From a bacterium (GTDB lineage: Bacteria > Patescibacteriota > Saccharimonadia > CAILAD01 > GCA-016700035), in contig CP064998.1 in the NCBI GenBank assembly GCA_016700035.1, positions 662,699-726,698 on the forward strand: 64,000 nt of DNA, written 5' to 3'. The notes beneath the pieces were generated by a model. It was not told the origin of the DNA. It did not search any database and saw only the letters and a program-made list of their open reading frames with translations. Made by a program: the position numbers and the translations under genes. Within the stretch, counting starts at the first letter, position 1; the number at the start of each line of letters is the position of its first letter. This document shows, one piece after another, positions 38,564 through 49,624 of this stretch.

Positions 38564-39605
38564 TTAAATAACTCCACCACCAAGAACGGCCTCGCCATCA
38601 TAAATGACAGCATGCTGGCCCGATGCCACACCACGATGAGCACCGGCCAATAAGTTAATTCGCCAAACTCCATCAGCTTGTTCGTGTAACGTGCAGGTCA
38701 ATAGTTCCCCCAAATGACGAATCCGGACTAAGTACTGTTTAGCTGACTCTGGCTCCTGCCACCAAACAGTGTCGCTAATATCATAATAACTGCGCCTCAA
38801 CTGCGATGGATCTGCCGTAACTACAATACTATTGGTCGCAAGGTCTTTTGATAACACATAGTATGGGGTTCCGCCGCCCACACCCAAGCCATGGCGCTGG
38901 CCGATTGTATACAACACCGCACCATGATGTATACCTAACTCTTTTCCGGACTCATCAAGGATGGGGCCTTTGAAGATCCATAAATTCACCTAAAAAATCT
39001 TTTAACGGCACCTTACCCACAAAACACAGGCCCATACTTTCACGTCGATTAGCCGTTGGTAGTCCATATTTTTTAGCCAGCCCCCTCACTTCAGTTTTTT
39101 CATACTCTCCCAGCGGAAAAAGTACTTGTCGCGCAGACTGAGTCGGCATTCGATACAAGAAATATGTTTGATCCTTTTTCTTATCGATAGCCTGCATAAG
39201 TCGACCCTCCAACATGCGAGCATAATGACCAGTGGCCACAAAATCAGCTCCATCGGCTCGACACAAATTATAAAACAGAGAAAATTTTATATCTTCATTG
39301 CATAGTATATCAGGATTTGGAGTCAGACCTCGCGCATATGCCTGCACCATCACATCAACCACCCGCTGACGATACTCCTCTTGCAAATCAAAAACTTTGA
39401 GCTCAATGCCAAGATGTGCAGCCACACTTTTTGCCGAACGCAAGTCATCTTCCCACGGACACTGATTGCCAGCAATATCTTGAGTCCAATTTTTCATATA
39501 TGCGCCCACCACATGATGACCCTGTTCTAAAAGTAGAGCGGCCGTAACGCTCGAATCAACTCCGCCGGAAAGCCCAACATAGACAGTTTTTTGTGGATGT
39601 CTCAT
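38564..39605 (-). pseudogene. mnmA: tRNA 2-thiouridylase MnmA split by a 1-nt frameshift near 38955-38990
   Basis: Upstream ORF carries the PP-loop SGGVDSS and ends ...LKDFLGEFMDLQRPHP*. Downstream ORF continues IFKGPILDESGKELGIHHG...GQRHGLGVGG. The junction lies in an A4/T6 homopolymer context. Confidence 0.7.
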
Positions 39606-39635
39606 AGTTGACTATCTTATCTAAATATTTTACTA

Positions 39636-40037
39636 TTGACAAGCTATTTGTACCCTACCCAACGGAGTAATGTCCGCATGTCAACCCATACCCCTTGGCT
39701 CCAACACCCCAACGCCGTCGATCGCAGGTACTTCGTTGCCAGCAGTCACGATGGAGCCTACCACTGCAAGACCAATCGTGGCCAGATCGAAATCTGGCAC
39801 CGTAGCGCAAGTTACGCCGTCCTGCCCGGGGGCAAGAGACGCGTTAATAGCTATGACACCCAAGATCCAGCCAATGCCCAACTGGTTGAAAACACCAGAA
39901 AAGATCCTCGTCATGCCATCGCAGCCCACCTGGGTTGCAAGATTGACGACGTCTATGCCGAGGATGAGCCCGATATCCTGCGCAATATCAGTCCTTTCCC
40001 CAAGGCTGGGATCGGATCGGTCGGTCAAAACTCCTAA
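39636..40037 (+). CDS. hypothetical protein, high GC
   Basis: Of three overlapping frames here, only this one has strong C-ending third positions. A terminator hairpin plus T-run follows at 40050-40083. Confidence 0.5.
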   Translation: MTSYLYPTQRSNVRMSTHTPWLQHPNAVDRRYFVASSHDGAYHCKTNRGQIEIWHRSASYAVLPGGKRRVNSYDTQDPANAQLVENTRKDPRHAIAAHLGCKIDDVYAEDEPDILRNISPFPKAGIGSVGQNS

Positions 40038-40106
40038 TCCTCAAGGAGATACCCATCACTTCACGGTGGTGGGCTTTTTAATTACAATTTTCATTAAATC
40101 AAAAAA

Positions 40107-40763
40107 CTATTGATAATTACCGGTCGCATAGATATAGCCAATCTTGACTAGCTCCGATACTGTTATCCAAACCCCAAACGGCGTTGCCCACCAAGTTGAC
40201 TTACTCCAGGCATTATCAAAACTTGAACTATTTTCAATCGTATAGCCAGCACCCAATACTTGGCTGAAAGTTATGAGCGTCCGGCGCTGATGATAGGGTG
40301 AAGTTACTAGGATGATCGACTTAATATTATGCTCTTCAAAGATTTTTTTGGAATTAACGGCATTTTCATAGGTTGTTTTAGCATCTTCATCAATAATAAT
40401 TGCCTCGCTTGGCACACCCGATCGACGAGCCAGGTCGGCCATTTCACGAGCATTTGATGGGCCATCATCAAGAGCGGCACCAGAAAAAATAATTACTGGT
40501 GCAAGATTTTTCTTATACAGTTCTATTCCGTGCTTAGCCCGTGTCTGAGTTTGCCCACCGGAAACAACCACAATAGCGTCAACTGGACTAGTCGAATCTT
40601 GTGGCGAAAGATAAATAGATGCACCAAAAATAACCCCAACCAACACTCCGAAGAAGACAAACAGACCAACTAAAAAGCCAATAAACTTTCTAGTCCGACT
40701 ACGTCGCTTACGCTCTTTCTTACTATGAAAAAACATAGCTTTATTGTACGACGATTTTGGCAA
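40107..40763 (-). CDS. DUF218 (YdcF/SanA/ElyC-like) membrane-anchored protein
   Basis: N-terminal TM then VVSGG...IIFSGAA...TSPYHQRR motifs typical of DUF218. Confidence 0.65.
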   Translation of the reverse strand: MPKSSYNKAMFFHSKKERKRRSRTRKFIGFLVGLFVFFGVLVGVIFGASIYLSPQDSTSPVDAIVVVSGGQTQTRAKHGIELYKKNLAPVIIFSGAALDDGPSNAREMADLARRSGVPSEAIIIDEDAKTTYENAVNSKKIFEEHNIKSIILVTSPYHQRRTLITFSQVLGAGYTIENSSSFDNAWSKSTWWATPFGVWITVSELVKIGYIYATGNYQ

Positions 40764-41898
40764 TTGTGCTGGCTAGCTTAGCTACATCAGATTGCGTCGT
40801 CTCGCGCCCCAATGAAATCCGCAAACTCCCTTGAGCTTGAGTGCGAGTTAACCCCAAAGCCATCAGAACATGGCTTGGTTCGTTAGACGATTCGGTACAG
40901 GCCGCCCCAGTTGCTACTGCAAATCCAGCCGCATCGAGTGCTAGCACTAAATCTTCACCATCAAAACCTGGGAAAGCAACATTCAAAATACCAGCTAGAT
41001 GGCGCTTCTTGTAGCCATTAAAGATAATATTTGGGATTTTTTGTAACTCACGCCACAATTCATCGCGCAACAATTTTAGTCTTGCAACTTCTTTTTTTCG
41101 TAATTTTTCAGCTATAGTAGCGGCCACGGCAAAGCCAACTGCTAGCTCCGTGGCTGGTGTACCAGAGCGCAGACTAAACTCCTGCTGGCCACCAACAATT
41201 AATGGAGTAAGCGGAGTACCACGACGGACATAGAGAGCTCCAATACCGGCCGGACCATAGGCTTTGGTGCTTGATAGCGTCATCAAATCGACCCCCAAGC
41301 GGTCGGTCGATAATGGTAAAAATCCCAATGCAGCCGATGCATCGGTATGAAAAATGATTGGCGTAGCTATACCGCGCGCTTGTCGATCAACTCGAATCTT
41401 ACGCACTAGCTGACCAATCTCGGCAATAGGCTGAATTGTGCCAATTTCACTGGTAGCCATCGCAATCGAAATAAGCACCGTATCATCATTTATATACTGA
41501 GTAGCCAACTCAAGATCCACCATCCCAGTTTCCGATACTTCAATTTCTTGCACTTTGTAGCCACTAGCCTGTGCTACCTGCATACAAGATCGTACTGCCG
41601 CATGCTCTGTAGGTGCGGTGATAATATGTGCCCGATTCTGACCAGATGCTGTTAATGACCCAAAAATCGCTAAATTATCCGACTCAGTAGCTCCACTGGT
41701 AAAAATAATCTCTCGGGCCTGAGCACCAAGCACGCTGGCAATCTGCTTGCGAGCATCATCTAGCGCCTCGCGAGCCGCTCGTCCTTCAGCATGTAGACTG
41801 GCCGGATTGGCAAACTGCGCGCGCGCCGACTGCATAGCCTGCGCCACTTTATCATCAAGCGGTGTGGCGGCGGCATAATCAAAATAGTAGCGCTTCAT
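40741..41898 (-). CDS. cysteine desulfurase (class V aminotransferase, IscS/NifS-like)
   Basis: PLP-Lys region SSTKAYGPAGIGALYV and C-terminal catalytic Cys loop ATGAACTESS. Confidence 0.85.
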   Translation of the reverse strand: MKRYYFDYAAATPLDDKVAQAMQSARAQFANPASLHAEGRAAREALDDARKQIASVLGAQAREIIFTSGATESDNLAIFGSLTASGQNRAHIITAPTEHAAVRSCMQVAQASGYKVQEIEVSETGMVDLELATQYINDDTVLISIAMATSEIGTIQPIAEIGQLVRKIRVDRQARGIATPIIFHTDASAALGFLPLSTDRLGVDLMTLSSTKAYGPAGIGALYVRRGTPLTPLIVGGQQEFSLRSGTPATELAVGFAVAATIAEKLRKKEVARLKLLRDELWRELQKIPNIIFNGYKKRHLAGILNVAFPGFDGEDLVLALDAAGFAVATGAACTESSNEPSHVLMALGLTRTQAQGSLRISLGRETTQSDVAKLASTIAKIVVQ

Positions 41899-42677
41899 AA
41901 ATTAATCCCAAATAACTGCTCGGCATTATGGTCTGTTTGATGCGCTAATTTATCCACATCTACCCCACGCAACGTCGCCAAAAACTCCACAATCGCCGGA
42001 ATATAGGCCGGCTCATTACGTTTGCCTCGGTATGGCACCGGTGCTAGATATGGACAATCTGTTTCAACCAACAGACGCTCGGCTGGAATCAGCTTAGCAG
42101 CCACTAGTTGTGCTTCATCTTTAGTGAACGTCATGATGCCATTTAAGCCAAAAAACAACTCTCCAGGATGCTCGAGCGCCGTCTCAACCTCTGCTTGAGT
42201 ACCAGTAAAGCTATGAATTACGCCACCCGCCTCTGGATAATCGCGCAAAACCGCAAAAAAGTCCGACCAAGCATCTCGAACATGAAAAATTAACGGTAAA
42301 TGATGCTCCAGCGCAATTTCAATCTGGGCTCGCAATGCCCGATCTTGTTCGGACTTAGTGGCAAGATTACGATAATAATCTAGTCCACACTCGCCAATTG
42401 CCACAACTTCCTCAGCCAAGTCAGCAATTGCATCGAGGGCAGTATCACCAGCGCCAGCCTCATGCGGATGTAAGCCAGCCGTAGCATAGAGCCGAACACC
42501 AGTAGCACGCACACTATATTCGGGCTTCTGCGCAAAAGCTAGAGCTCGACGACTATCATCTGGCGTGACGCCAACATTAATAATTGTATCCACGCCAGCT
42601 TCGTGGGCCCTATTGAGGGTCGACAGGGCATCGGTAAAGGCATCGGTAAAATGTAAGTGGGCGTGAGTGTCAATCAT
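41895..42677 (-). CDS. tatD: TatD-family metal-dependent hydrolase
   Basis: MIDTHAHLHF start and GECGLDY motif. Confidence 0.85.
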   Translation of the reverse strand: MIDTHAHLHFTDAFTDALSTLNRAHEAGVDTIINVGVTPDDSRRALAFAQKPEYSVRATGVRLYATAGLHPHEAGAGDTALDAIADLAEEVVAIGECGLDYYRNLATKSEQDRALRAQIEIALEHHLPLIFHVRDAWSDFFAVLRDYPEAGGVIHSFTGTQAEVETALEHPGELFFGLNGIMTFTKDEAQLVAAKLIPAERLLVETDCPYLAPVPYRGKRNEPAYIPAIVEFLATLRGVDVDKLAHQTDHNAEQLFGINL

Positions 42678-43092
42678 GCTTTAAGCTCTGCACTTCGTGT
42701 ATAGCTTCGCCATTACGAAAATCTGTAAAACGAGCCCAGTCTATTTTTACGCGTACATATTGCTGGGTGGGCAAGCTGGCATATTTGCTCGAACCCGGAT
42801 TCCGCTTAATGTGAGTCCGCATGACTCGCTCCCTATCATCACCATCAAGAATGTCGGCCTTCCCCTCTAGCTGAGCCGTCCAACTACCCCAACCAATCAC
42901 TAAAGCCACCCGAGGATTATTTAAAATATTCTGAATTTTACGCGTGGTGGATTCCGATGCAAAATAAATTTCACGCAAATCCTCATTATAAGAAAAAGAT
43001 ACTACGGCCGCTTCTGGCGACGGCTTGCCGTGTGTTGCTACCACCATATGGCTAGCCGTCTCCAGCTCAGTAAATAATTGATTAGGCGTCAT
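42670..43092 (-). CDS. pyridoxamine 5'-phosphate oxidase-like FMN-binding split-barrel protein; start taken at MTPNQ
   Basis: general-stress-protein-26-like pattern; the ORF-track extension overlaps metG. Confidence 0.5.
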   Translation of the reverse strand: MTPNQLFTELETASHMVVATHGKPSPEAAVVSFSYNEDLREIYFASESTTRKIQNILNNPRVALVIGWGSWTAQLEGKADILDGDDRERVMRTHIKRNPGSSKYASLPTQQYVRVKIDWARFTDFRNGEAIHEVQSLKHD

Positions 43093-44548
43093 GCCCTGAC
43101 TCTTTTTCAAGGCGTGGAAACAAAACCCCAACTCGCATATCAACCTGACCATCAGCAAATATTTTATGCATTTTTTCTGATGTAGCTGGAAGAAACGGCT
43201 TGAGCGAGACGGCAATCTGCAAAATATTATGAATCCAGTCATCCAATAGGTTTTGCACCGCGTCTAAATTAGTCTTGGCTAGCTGCCAAGGTTCATTTTT
43301 ATCAATCGATTCATTTAATGCATCGAGCTGACTCCAAATATCCTGTAATATATCGTCAAATCTAGCATCTTCGAGTCTTTCAAGCTGGGGAGTACGCAAT
43401 TCACTTAAATGGGTAAAATGACCATCGCAATACTTGGTTGACATACTAGCCACGCGCTGCACCAGATTACCAAGATTATTTACTAGATCGGCCGTATAAA
43501 CTGCATAAAAACGATCCATACTAAATTCACCATCAGCATCGTGTGGAATGTAGCGCAAAAGATAATAACGTAGCGCTTCAGCGCCATATTGATCGATAAT
43601 CTCTCCCGGCTCCACCGAATTGCCAAGACTCTTGCTCATCTTTACACCACCTGGAGCATTAATAAAGCCATGTACATAAAGGGCTTTTGGCGTAGTCAAA
43701 CCAGCACTCATCAGCATAATTGGCCAATATACCGAATGAAACCGATTGATATCCTTACCAACAATATGCAAATTGGCCGGCCACCATTTTGCAAAATCCT
43801 TATCATTCGGATAGCCAACACCGGTGATGTAATTGGCTAAGGCATCAAACCAAACATACATTACATGTGTACTGTCGTCTGGCACCTCCACACCCCACTC
43901 CAACTGACTTTTAGGCCGCGAAATAGAGAGATCTGCAAGCTTATTATTTTTTAAAAAGCTCAGAATCTCGTTTTTGCGTAAGGTTGGAAAAATTCTGTAT
44001 TCATCCGACTCTAAAAGTGCAATTAATCGCTCTTGATAGGGTGCTAGGCGTAAGAAATAACTCTCAATTGCCAACTCTTCAAGCTCACGATTGGGATGTA
44101 GTGGGCATTTATCTTCTACTGCGTCCTTAGCAGTATAAAAAAGCTCACAAGCCACGCAATACAGCCCGGTATACGTACCCTTATAAATATCTTTTTGACA
44201 GGCCCGCCACAAGGCTTGAGCGCCTTGCTTGTGATGGGTATCGGTTGTACGTACAAAGGCATCGTAATCAATATGTAAGTCACGTGCTAACTGCACAAAA
44301 CTCTCGCTCATCTCATTAACAAAGTTTAATGGCTCTACACCGGCTTCGTGGGCGGCTTCATATAACTTCTGACCATGTTCATCAGTGCCAACTTGCAGAT
44401 ACACATGAAGGCCTTTTTGTCGGTGCCAACGAGCTAAGGTATCAGCCTGGATAAATTCCATAGCATGCCCCAGGTGTGGCCGAGCATTGGCATAAGGAAT
44501 GGAGGTAGTTATATAGTAGTTATTTCGGGTTGGATTGGTCATGATCAA
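43082..44548 (-). CDS. metG: methionyl-tRNA synthetase (short form)
   Basis: HLGHAMEF HIGH motif and KMSKS. Confidence 0.9.
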   Translation of the reverse strand: MIMTNPTRNNYYITTSIPYANARPHLGHAMEFIQADTLARWHRQKGLHVYLQVGTDEHGQKLYEAAHEAGVEPLNFVNEMSESFVQLARDLHIDYDAFVRTTDTHHKQGAQALWRACQKDIYKGTYTGLYCVACELFYTAKDAVEDKCPLHPNRELEELAIESYFLRLAPYQERLIALLESDEYRIFPTLRKNEILSFLKNNKLADLSISRPKSQLEWGVEVPDDSTHVMYVWFDALANYITGVGYPNDKDFAKWWPANLHIVGKDINRFHSVYWPIMLMSAGLTTPKALYVHGFINAPGGVKMSKSLGNSVEPGEIIDQYGAEALRYYLLRYIPHDADGEFSMDRFYAVYTADLVNNLGNLVQRVASMSTKYCDGHFTHLSELRTPQLERLEDARFDDILQDIWSQLDALNESIDKNEPWQLAKTNLDAVQNLLDDWIHNILQIAVSLKPFLPATSEKMHKIFADGQVDMRVGVLFPRLEKESGHDA

Positions 44549-46514
44549 CTGGGTTTTCTACTGTAGTCTGTGGAGGCATATAGTCTTGCGATTTACTCTC
44601 GGCAATAATTTTTGCCATATACTCACGCTTATCCGCCAGATCATCTACAGGGCGCTTTCTAAAGCGTAATTTTATCAGAATTAGCCCAATTATTCCAGAT
44701 ATAACAATGCAAATTACAATAAATGGCCACCACTGAGCTGGGCCAGTTGACACCGCCAGCACCGTATCGCCACCATTGGATTTCTGCACAAACAATAACT
44801 CCGCAGTCTTAGCGTACTCTCCACCCCAAACCGCAATATTCTGGTTAAACTGCTGGCGTGGAGCAAGTGAGCCGAGATTAACATTATTAGTATCTCCACC
44901 GTGCTTTATTTGTGCTACATAATTATCACCAGCCACATTCTGAGGAGCCATCACCGCATAATGCGACACCGACAAGCCCGGAAAAATAACGTATGAGCTC
45001 ACCTCTGCGGTGCCCGTCCGATCAGCATCTGGAAAACTTTCGGCATAGCTAATGGTGGTGTTTTCGTACTGATAGTTCATATCTTGCCGGCCCACCATAA
45101 CTGCTGATGGCGTATCATCCCGTTCTCCCCACAATGCAAATGTAAAGTGATCTAAATCACTCTTGCCGAAGTTATCAAACTTTTCACCCCAGGTTGGGTC
45201 CAAATTCATCCAGCCAATACCAGGCACATAAACCTCCACCCAACTATGCAGTGAGTCGGCCACCGCCTTCGATTGTTTTAAATTACCAGCATAAGCGTAA
45301 CCAACTGGCATGCGAGCCGGAATATTCTGACTGCGCAAGAGAGCAACCAACAAATCTGAATATTCTAGGCAAACGGCATTATCTGGGTTAGCTAAGGCCT
45401 TATCGCTACCCTGTCGGATATTGTAGCGAATCTTTTCATTATTGTAGCTCAAGGTATCCACCGTTAGCTTATAGAGGTTGCGCACCTTATCAATCACCTT
45501 ATCCGTACCAGCCACCGCCTGAGCTGCCTTTACCTGCAGCTGTGGGCTGGTGCTCTGCCAATACTGAGTCTGTTTGGTGTATTTTTGAGCTATTTCTGTC
45601 GGAATATCAGCCATACTCCCACTGGCCGATAAATTATATTCCAAGTAATTAATTTGGGCTGCAATATCAGTATTTACCACCACTTTAGTTTGGGCCGGCA
45701 CATCGTAATCAGCTAGCACATTGCCATCACCATCTAATCGAGTGGCAACTGGTTCTGGCGATAGACTCTTAATGAATATCTTTTGTGAGCTCGTATCGGG
45801 TGGGAGAGCAACTGTGTAACGCTTAGTTTGCGAAGTATTATTATTGAGCGGAAAAGCAAAATTAGCCTCATAAATGGTCGATTCGCCAAATAATAACGAA
45901 ACCGAACGTTTTAAATCGGCCGTCTTGGGAAAAGTGTAGCGCACCAGATCACCATCTACACCATTAAGCTCGGGTGCTACACCAGTTGAAAATACCTTTC
46001 CAAAATCCTGAGGCACCGAAACACTAACGGTATAGTTCTCGTCAGCTCCAATTTGTGCCAACGACGGTACATATAGTGTGCGCGAAGAACCCTTTACATC
46101 CATCAGCTCCGCCGTGTCATAGCTGACCACAAACTCCAGCGCCGTAGTTGTTGCGTCCCGCGTATTAAAGTCTACTGTAATTTCCTTATAATCGTAGTTA
46201 TAGCCTAGACTATTGCTGGATTTCTGCTCGGCTTTGGTAGCTATCTTCTCGCCCGAAGGGTAGGTGGCCTGGAGATTTTGCACATCATTAGTTGGGGCTG
46301 AAATACGAATCAGATCCAGTATTTTATCTGGCCGATTATAAGTAACTTTATATTTTGCTACCACCGTGGTGGTGCCAGAATCTTGCAGCTTATAGTTGAG
46401 GTCAATATCATAAGTAAAATCAGCCGCCGCCTGAGAATGGCGAGCAACTAACAAGATACCAATTATCAGAAAAAATATTACCGCAAGAGGTAACCAGCGA
46501 AAGCGCTTAGACAT
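44520..46514 (-). CDS. secreted/membrane-anchored transglutaminase-like cysteine protease domain protein
   Basis: signal peptide; transglutaminase core NAVCLEYSDLLVALLRSQNIPAR with downstream His/Asp; C-terminal TM. Confidence 0.65.
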   Translation of the reverse strand: MSKRFRWLPLAVIFFLIIGILLVARHSQAAADFTYDIDLNYKLQDSGTTTVVAKYKVTYNRPDKILDLIRISAPTNDVQNLQATYPSGEKIATKAEQKSSNSLGYNYDYKEITVDFNTRDATTTALEFVVSYDTAELMDVKGSSRTLYVPSLAQIGADENYTVSVSVPQDFGKVFSTGVAPELNGVDGDLVRYTFPKTADLKRSVSLLFGESTIYEANFAFPLNNNTSQTKRYTVALPPDTSSQKIFIKSLSPEPVATRLDGDGNVLADYDVPAQTKVVVNTDIAAQINYLEYNLSASGSMADIPTEIAQKYTKQTQYWQSTSPQLQVKAAQAVAGTDKVIDKVRNLYKLTVDTLSYNNEKIRYNIRQGSDKALANPDNAVCLEYSDLLVALLRSQNIPARMPVGYAYAGNLKQSKAVADSLHSWVEVYVPGIGWMNLDPTWGEKFDNFGKSDLDHFTFALWGERDDTPSAVMVGRQDMNYQYENTTISYAESFPDADRTGTAEVSSYVIFPGLSVSHYAVMAPQNVAGDNYVAQIKHGGDTNNVNLGSLAPRQQFNQNIAVWGGEYAKTAELLFVQKSNGGDTVLAVSTGPAQWWPFIVICIVISGIIGLILIKLRFRKRPVDDLADKREYMAKIIAESKSQDYMPPQTTVENPVDHDQSNPK

Positions 46515-46630
46515 ACACTTATAATAGCATAGCCATTATCTGTTGAGTCTCTAAAAATATGCTTCCAAGTTGTTTTTTTTTTGCAAATAGGTGAGAATTA
46601 GACGGAAACCACCTAATAAGGAGACTTTTC

Positions 46631-47356
46631 ATGAGTGAGCACACCTCAGACCCAAATGCCGACTATCTAAACCGTCATCCCGATGCCGAGCCCGATCCAG
46701 ATCGCGCCAATACCGCGGCCTATGCCCGTAAAAATATTGAGGACTTAATCGAGATCGCGAAAGCCAATGGACAGAATGACGTAGAAGGCTATCTTAAGAA
46801 AGCTGCCGACGAAAAAGAATCAACTGAAGTTAGTGTATATGACTATATCCAAGAAAAAATAAAAGATACTACACGACAGACAACCGAGAACCTTGTAAAG
46901 GTGGCCGACGGCCAGCGCGTCGATGCAGTAAAGATTGAGAGCATGGATACAACTGTCGATCCGGAGAGGAAATTCCGCAACCAAGAAAATGCTGAGGAAA
47001 TTCTAAAAGGAGTTCTCGAAAAATTTAGCGCATCCATTAGACCTGATCTTTCAGGATACACTTCTAAATATATGAAAGCTGGTTTTTGTGCTGAAGATTT
47101 ATTAGAATTTATCAAAACTCGCATGTATCGCGGAATGGGTCTTCAAGAAGTTCAAGAAGATTTCTTGCAAGAAAACTATCTTTCTGTAGATAAAGAAAAA
47201 GACACAAGAGATCGCCTGCAAGTCTATAACACACCCTATGGTGTTTTGCTCGCAGTCATTGACAATTATGCCGGAAATACGTCTCAATTGCCAGATTGGC
47301 ATAGCACAGAAATACATGTGGTGCGACCCGCCATACGCAAACCCCTCACAGAATGA
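46631..47356 (+). CDS. hypothetical protein
   Basis: 241-aa ORF, no motif recognised. Confidence 0.45.
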   Translation: MSEHTSDPNADYLNRHPDAEPDPDRANTAAYARKNIEDLIEIAKANGQNDVEGYLKKAADEKESTEVSVYDYIQEKIKDTTRQTTENLVKVADGQRVDAVKIESMDTTVDPERKFRNQENAEEILKGVLEKFSASIRPDLSGYTSKYMKAGFCAEDLLEFIKTRMYRGMGLQEVQEDFLQENYLSVDKEKDTRDRLQVYNTPYGVLLAVIDNYAGNTSQLPDWHSTEIHVVRPAIRKPLTE

Positions 47357-47376
47357 CTATTTAGAATAAAAGCTTG

Positions 47377-48195
47377 CTACGAATTTGCGAATACGTCGTA
47401 AAGTCGCTTCCACTCCTCCATCGACAGCTCCTGAGCTCGCACCGTAGCAGACAAGCCAAGCTTGAGTAACCTTTTTTCAATTTCCGCTGGCTCAACGCGT
47501 AACCCCGCCGCCAGCGTATTCTTAAGCTGTTTACGCTTTTGCGAGAAGCCAAATTTTACGAGCCGCATAAAATCTCGCTCGTTCACATCTAGTGTTAAGT
47601 CATCTGAAAGATCAACATGCACCACTGCCGAATCCACTTTTGGGGCTGGCCAAAAACTCTCTGGTGGCACCAATCGTACAATCTGAGCCCGACCATGCAA
47701 CTGCACCGCCACTGAGAGAGCACTCATCTGTCCCGGTTTGGCACACATTCGCTCGGCCACTTCCTTCTGCATCAAAAGTGTCATGGAAATTGGGCCGGAT
47801 GGGGAAGTAATGAGGCGGCGAATCAACGCACCGGTAATGGAGTAGGGGATATTCGCCACAACCTTATAGGGGAGAGCAGTCCCCCGCGGGGGGAGTGGTA
47901 ATTCCAGCGCATCGCCGCGTACTACGGTAAGGTTTTCTGCCCCTTGCGACTCGATAATATCCGCCAGTTTTTCATCTAGCTCAAAAACTACCACCTGCCC
48001 TGCCCTTTGCACCAGCGCACTGGTTAGCACCCCAAGGCCTGGCCCTACTTCCAAAACTGTATCCGCGCCTCGAATATCGGCCACCTCCAACATATCGTGG
48101 ATAACCGACTCATCATGCAGAAAATGCTGGCCTAAACCTTTGTTGGGGCGAATGTCATACTTTGTCAGTAATATTTTTAACTGAGACCTATCCAT
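47377..48195 (-). CDS. rsmA: 16S rRNA (adenine1518/1519-N6)-dimethyltransferase
   Basis: GQHFL and LEVGPGLGVLT motifs; start taken at the second Met to abut the upstream gene. Confidence 0.85.
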   Translation of the reverse strand: MDRSQLKILLTKYDIRPNKGLGQHFLHDESVIHDMLEVADIRGADTVLEVGPGLGVLTSALVQRAGQVVVFELDEKLADIIESQGAENLTVVRGDALELPLPPRGTALPYKVVANIPYSITGALIRRLITSPSGPISMTLLMQKEVAERMCAKPGQMSALSVAVQLHGRAQIVRLVPPESFWPAPKVDSAVVHVDLSDDLTLDVNERDFMRLVKFGFSQKRKQLKNTLAAGLRVEPAEIEKRLLKLGLSATVRAQELSMEEWKRLYDVFANS

Positions 48196-48197
48196 AT

Positions 48198-49334
48198 CTA
48201 GCGCAAATAGCGTCCACAGACTGGCCAAGGCTGAGCGCCACGTCGTGCATAAAGAGCTTGAGCGGCTGCATCTTGAACCTCTGGCGGAGCATCAGCCGGA
48301 TCGTAATAACCACCATAATTATTCCAAGTACTGTAATTAAACTGATAGGCACCACGATATAATGGATTGCGCTTATTAGCGTAATTTCCGCCAGCCTCGC
48401 AAAAACGTAACTGAGCCCACTGTTCGGGTGACGGCTGACCACTTCGAACCGGAATCTTTGTACCGCGCACTACAATAGTATCAATGGATGCAACCAAGAT
48501 TTTCTCATCTAGGACACTACGCTTATCGGGCTGGCCAGGAGTCTTTTCCACCAAATATGTCACCTGCTTACGACCAGCCACTCCCGATCGACGCGTTTCA
48601 CTCTTACCAGCCTCCATATTGGCATCATAAATAGTCTGAGTAGCCGGCGCTATATCCTCAAGCACCACCTGTGTTTCCTGAACTATCTTCGATAGGACCA
48701 CCCGAGCACCAGGCGTAAGTGGGGTTTCGGCAGTCATACCCTGTAAATCTTCGGGGCTATATTCAACTTTCTTCTCACTTAATAATTCACCTACCGTACT
48801 AGACTGAGTTCGAATATTATATAGCTCACCAGAAACCACTAATTGTACCGGCACAGCACGATCTACCACCACCTTATACCCTAGAGTTCGACTAGGCTGA
48901 AAATCATGTACCTGCTCGAGCTCAGCCTTATCTTCTGGGTACAGAGTAACACCGGCGGCGGCGGCTATCTTGCGGGCCGAGCGATAACCAGTCACAACCT
49001 GAGTAAACTTGCCACTATCCACTACCACTGCAGGGGCAGCTCGATAAACATTGATGTTATAGTTTGGCTGATCAACCACCGTATCTAGCTCAGGCTCCAC
49101 CACATCACCACGCCCTACTTCAACACCATTTTCAATTAGTATATCCTTCACTGTCGAGCCACTCGAAACCACATTACGCTGTGCGCCATCCACGTAAATT
49201 TGCACCACCCGTTTTTCATCAGCAAATACCCGAAAACTATGCTTAGTTTGAGCGGTTAAAGCTAGACTGACAGCCAGCACTGTAACAACGGTAGCAACAA
49301 TTGCGGCTGAGCGCTGGATCCCTGCACGCTCCAA
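48198..49334 (-). CDS. Rpf/YabE-like cell-wall protein: TM, DUF348-like and G5-like regions, C-terminal lysozyme-like Rpf domain
   Basis: C-terminal WAQLRFCEAGGNYANKRNPLYRGAYQFNYSTWNNYGG matches the resuscitation-promoting-factor catalytic domain pattern. Confidence 0.7.
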   Translation of the reverse strand: MERAGIQRSAAIVATVVTVLAVSLALTAQTKHSFRVFADEKRVVQIYVDGAQRNVVSSGSTVKDILIENGVEVGRGDVVEPELDTVVDQPNYNINVYRAAPAVVVDSGKFTQVVTGYRSARKIAAAAGVTLYPEDKAELEQVHDFQPSRTLGYKVVVDRAVPVQLVVSGELYNIRTQSSTVGELLSEKKVEYSPEDLQGMTAETPLTPGARVVLSKIVQETQVVLEDIAPATQTIYDANMEAGKSETRRSGVAGRKQVTYLVEKTPGQPDKRSVLDEKILVASIDTIVVRGTKIPVRSGQPSPEQWAQLRFCEAGGNYANKRNPLYRGAYQFNYSTWNNYGGYYDPADAPPEVQDAAAQALYARRGAQPWPVCGRYLR

Positions 49335-49624
49335 GTGATACAGGCTAAGGTCTAATTTAATTCGAGTATTTATAGTATGCGGATGATTTGCGAGTTGACG
49401 AAAATAGCGAGCTACGAACCGTTCGCGCTTCGCTATTAATTCCCTACCTACAGATTGGATTTTTAGACGCCACCCGGAAGTTACGTCGTTTTCATGAGTA
49501 CGGATACTCTTATTACCTCATCTCACTATTTTTTTAACAAAACAGTTTGTTTTACTAGAAACAAATTATACGGTTTTCAGGTATAAACGTCAATCTTAAG
49601 CGGTTTGGAATATATGTACTTACT

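Noticed and set aside
39670-40113. Two alternative overlapping ORFs in the high-GC block after mnmA (39670-40113 plus strand, 39681-40028 minus strand)
   Set aside because: Only the 39636-40037 plus frame shows the strong C-ending third-position bias expected of a real high-GC gene. The 39670 frame also reads through the terminator hairpin.
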